Shown in pieces: positions 63,138-64,000 of a stretch of 64,000 bases of DNA. Origin of the DNA: Callorhinchus milii. Its lineage: Eukaryota. The position numbers and the translations under genes are program-made. Under the pieces are notes generated by a model. That model was not told the origin of the DNA. It saw only the letters and a list, made by a program, of their open reading frames with translations, and ran no database searches. The stretch lies in contig NW_024704742.1 of the NCBI RefSeq assembly GCF_018977255.1, positions 11,844,001 to 11,908,000 of the forward strand, given 5' to 3'. Every line of letters begins with the position of its first letter. Position 1 is the first letter of the stretch.

Positions 63138-63405
63138 AACAACAAAAAAAAATTATATTTGTACAGTGCTTTCATGTCAGGAGGAAGCCCCAATGAGCTT
63201 GATGATCAGTTTCAGACCTGAGCTGGGGGTCGGGATCGGGGAGGATGGAGGGCATTGGGGGGAAGGAGGGTGATCGAAGGCACAGTCAAAGAGGAGGTTC
63301 TTGAGAAGGGTTTTGAAGGAGGCAAGGGAGGGGGCGAGTCAGAGGGACTGCGGGATAGAGTTCCTTAGGGTGGGGGCAGAGTGGCTGAAGGCCTGCCCGC
63401 CAATG
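63138..63405 (-). mobile_element. L2 3' fragment
   Basis: aacaacaaaaaaaaattatatttgtacagtgctttcatgtcaggaggaagccc tail, then reverse L2 C-terminus to ggctgaaggcctgcccgccaatg. Confidence 0.8.
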
Positions 63406-63801
63406 CTGTATTCCTTTATTAATGTCACAGATTAGCTGGCAAAAAGCCTCAGAGTTTATTCTTATAGTATGATTCAAGAAGCATTCTCATTATCACCAAT
63501 CATTATTATTATTATTTGTGCCCTAATAGTTTTCATGGAAATGTTTTTGTCTAATATTGTCACTTTTGTCACTGAAGACATGTCATGCTATGTCTCATAA
63601 CACCCTGAAGACAGAAATGAGTTGTTATGATGCACAACGCATTCCAAACAAAGTGAGATTTGCAAAATATGAAGAGAGGTGCCTCATTAAAATGGATTCT
63701 ACCGCTTCACTTGTTGCCATGTAGTAACTTTGGGAAGAGAACAAGAAATCTTTGCCAACAATATATATTTAATATTTTAGAACATGCATGATGCCCATTC
63801 T

Positions 63802-64000
63802 ACAACAACAACAAATTGCACTTACAAAAAGAACAACAAAATGACATTTATAGAGCGCCTTTCACGTCGGGAGGATGTCCCAAAGTGCTAAACAGTCAGG
63901 TGTCAGGGACCAAGCATGGGGGAGGGGTGGTTTAGGGGTGAGGAAAGGCAAAGAGGTGGGAGGGAGACCAAAGGCATGGTTGAAGAGAAGGGTCTTGAGA
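63802..64000 (-). mobile_element. L2 3' end running off the window
   Basis: catttatagagcgcctttcacgtcgggaggatgtcccaaagtgc...ggttgaagagaagggtcttgaga. Confidence 0.85.

Overview
Eukaryotic, AT-rich, repeat-dense non-coding DNA (large intron or gene desert). The repeat repertoire points to a cartilaginous fish, possibly a chimaera (inference): SacSINE1/Deu-type SINEs, a tRNA-Ala-headed SINE with an L2-type tail, L2 LINEs and HER1/CR1 LINEs. No intact host protein-coding gene can be supported. All recognisable long ORFs are broken LINE ORFs (L2 at 13.3-16.0 kb and 54.6-56.6 kb, CR1 at 23.7-28.0 kb), plus small fossils of L1/Tx1, R4/Dong and possibly RTE elements. One 41-nt exon-like segment (17953-17993) is unidentified. 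The most interesting signal is a family of short (about 150-240 bp) hairpin insertions at 1.9, 6.8, 10.5 and 34.5 kb, with an older relative at 51.6 kb. They have Penelope-like architecture: inverted arms, a ~30-nt one-sided tail and ~14-15-bp target-site duplications. They carry minimal type-I hammerhead ribozyme cores (CUGACGA-stem II-GAAACGUU). One copy has a ~52-bp sequence in its loop that matches unique DNA 3 kb upstream. Other points: an apparent SINE tail switch matching the youngest L2, multi-level nested insertions, an unclassified old dispersed repeat with three copies, and several repeat-free, homeodomain-motif-rich blocks that may be conserved enhancers. Coordinates of old repeats are approximate and read by eye.
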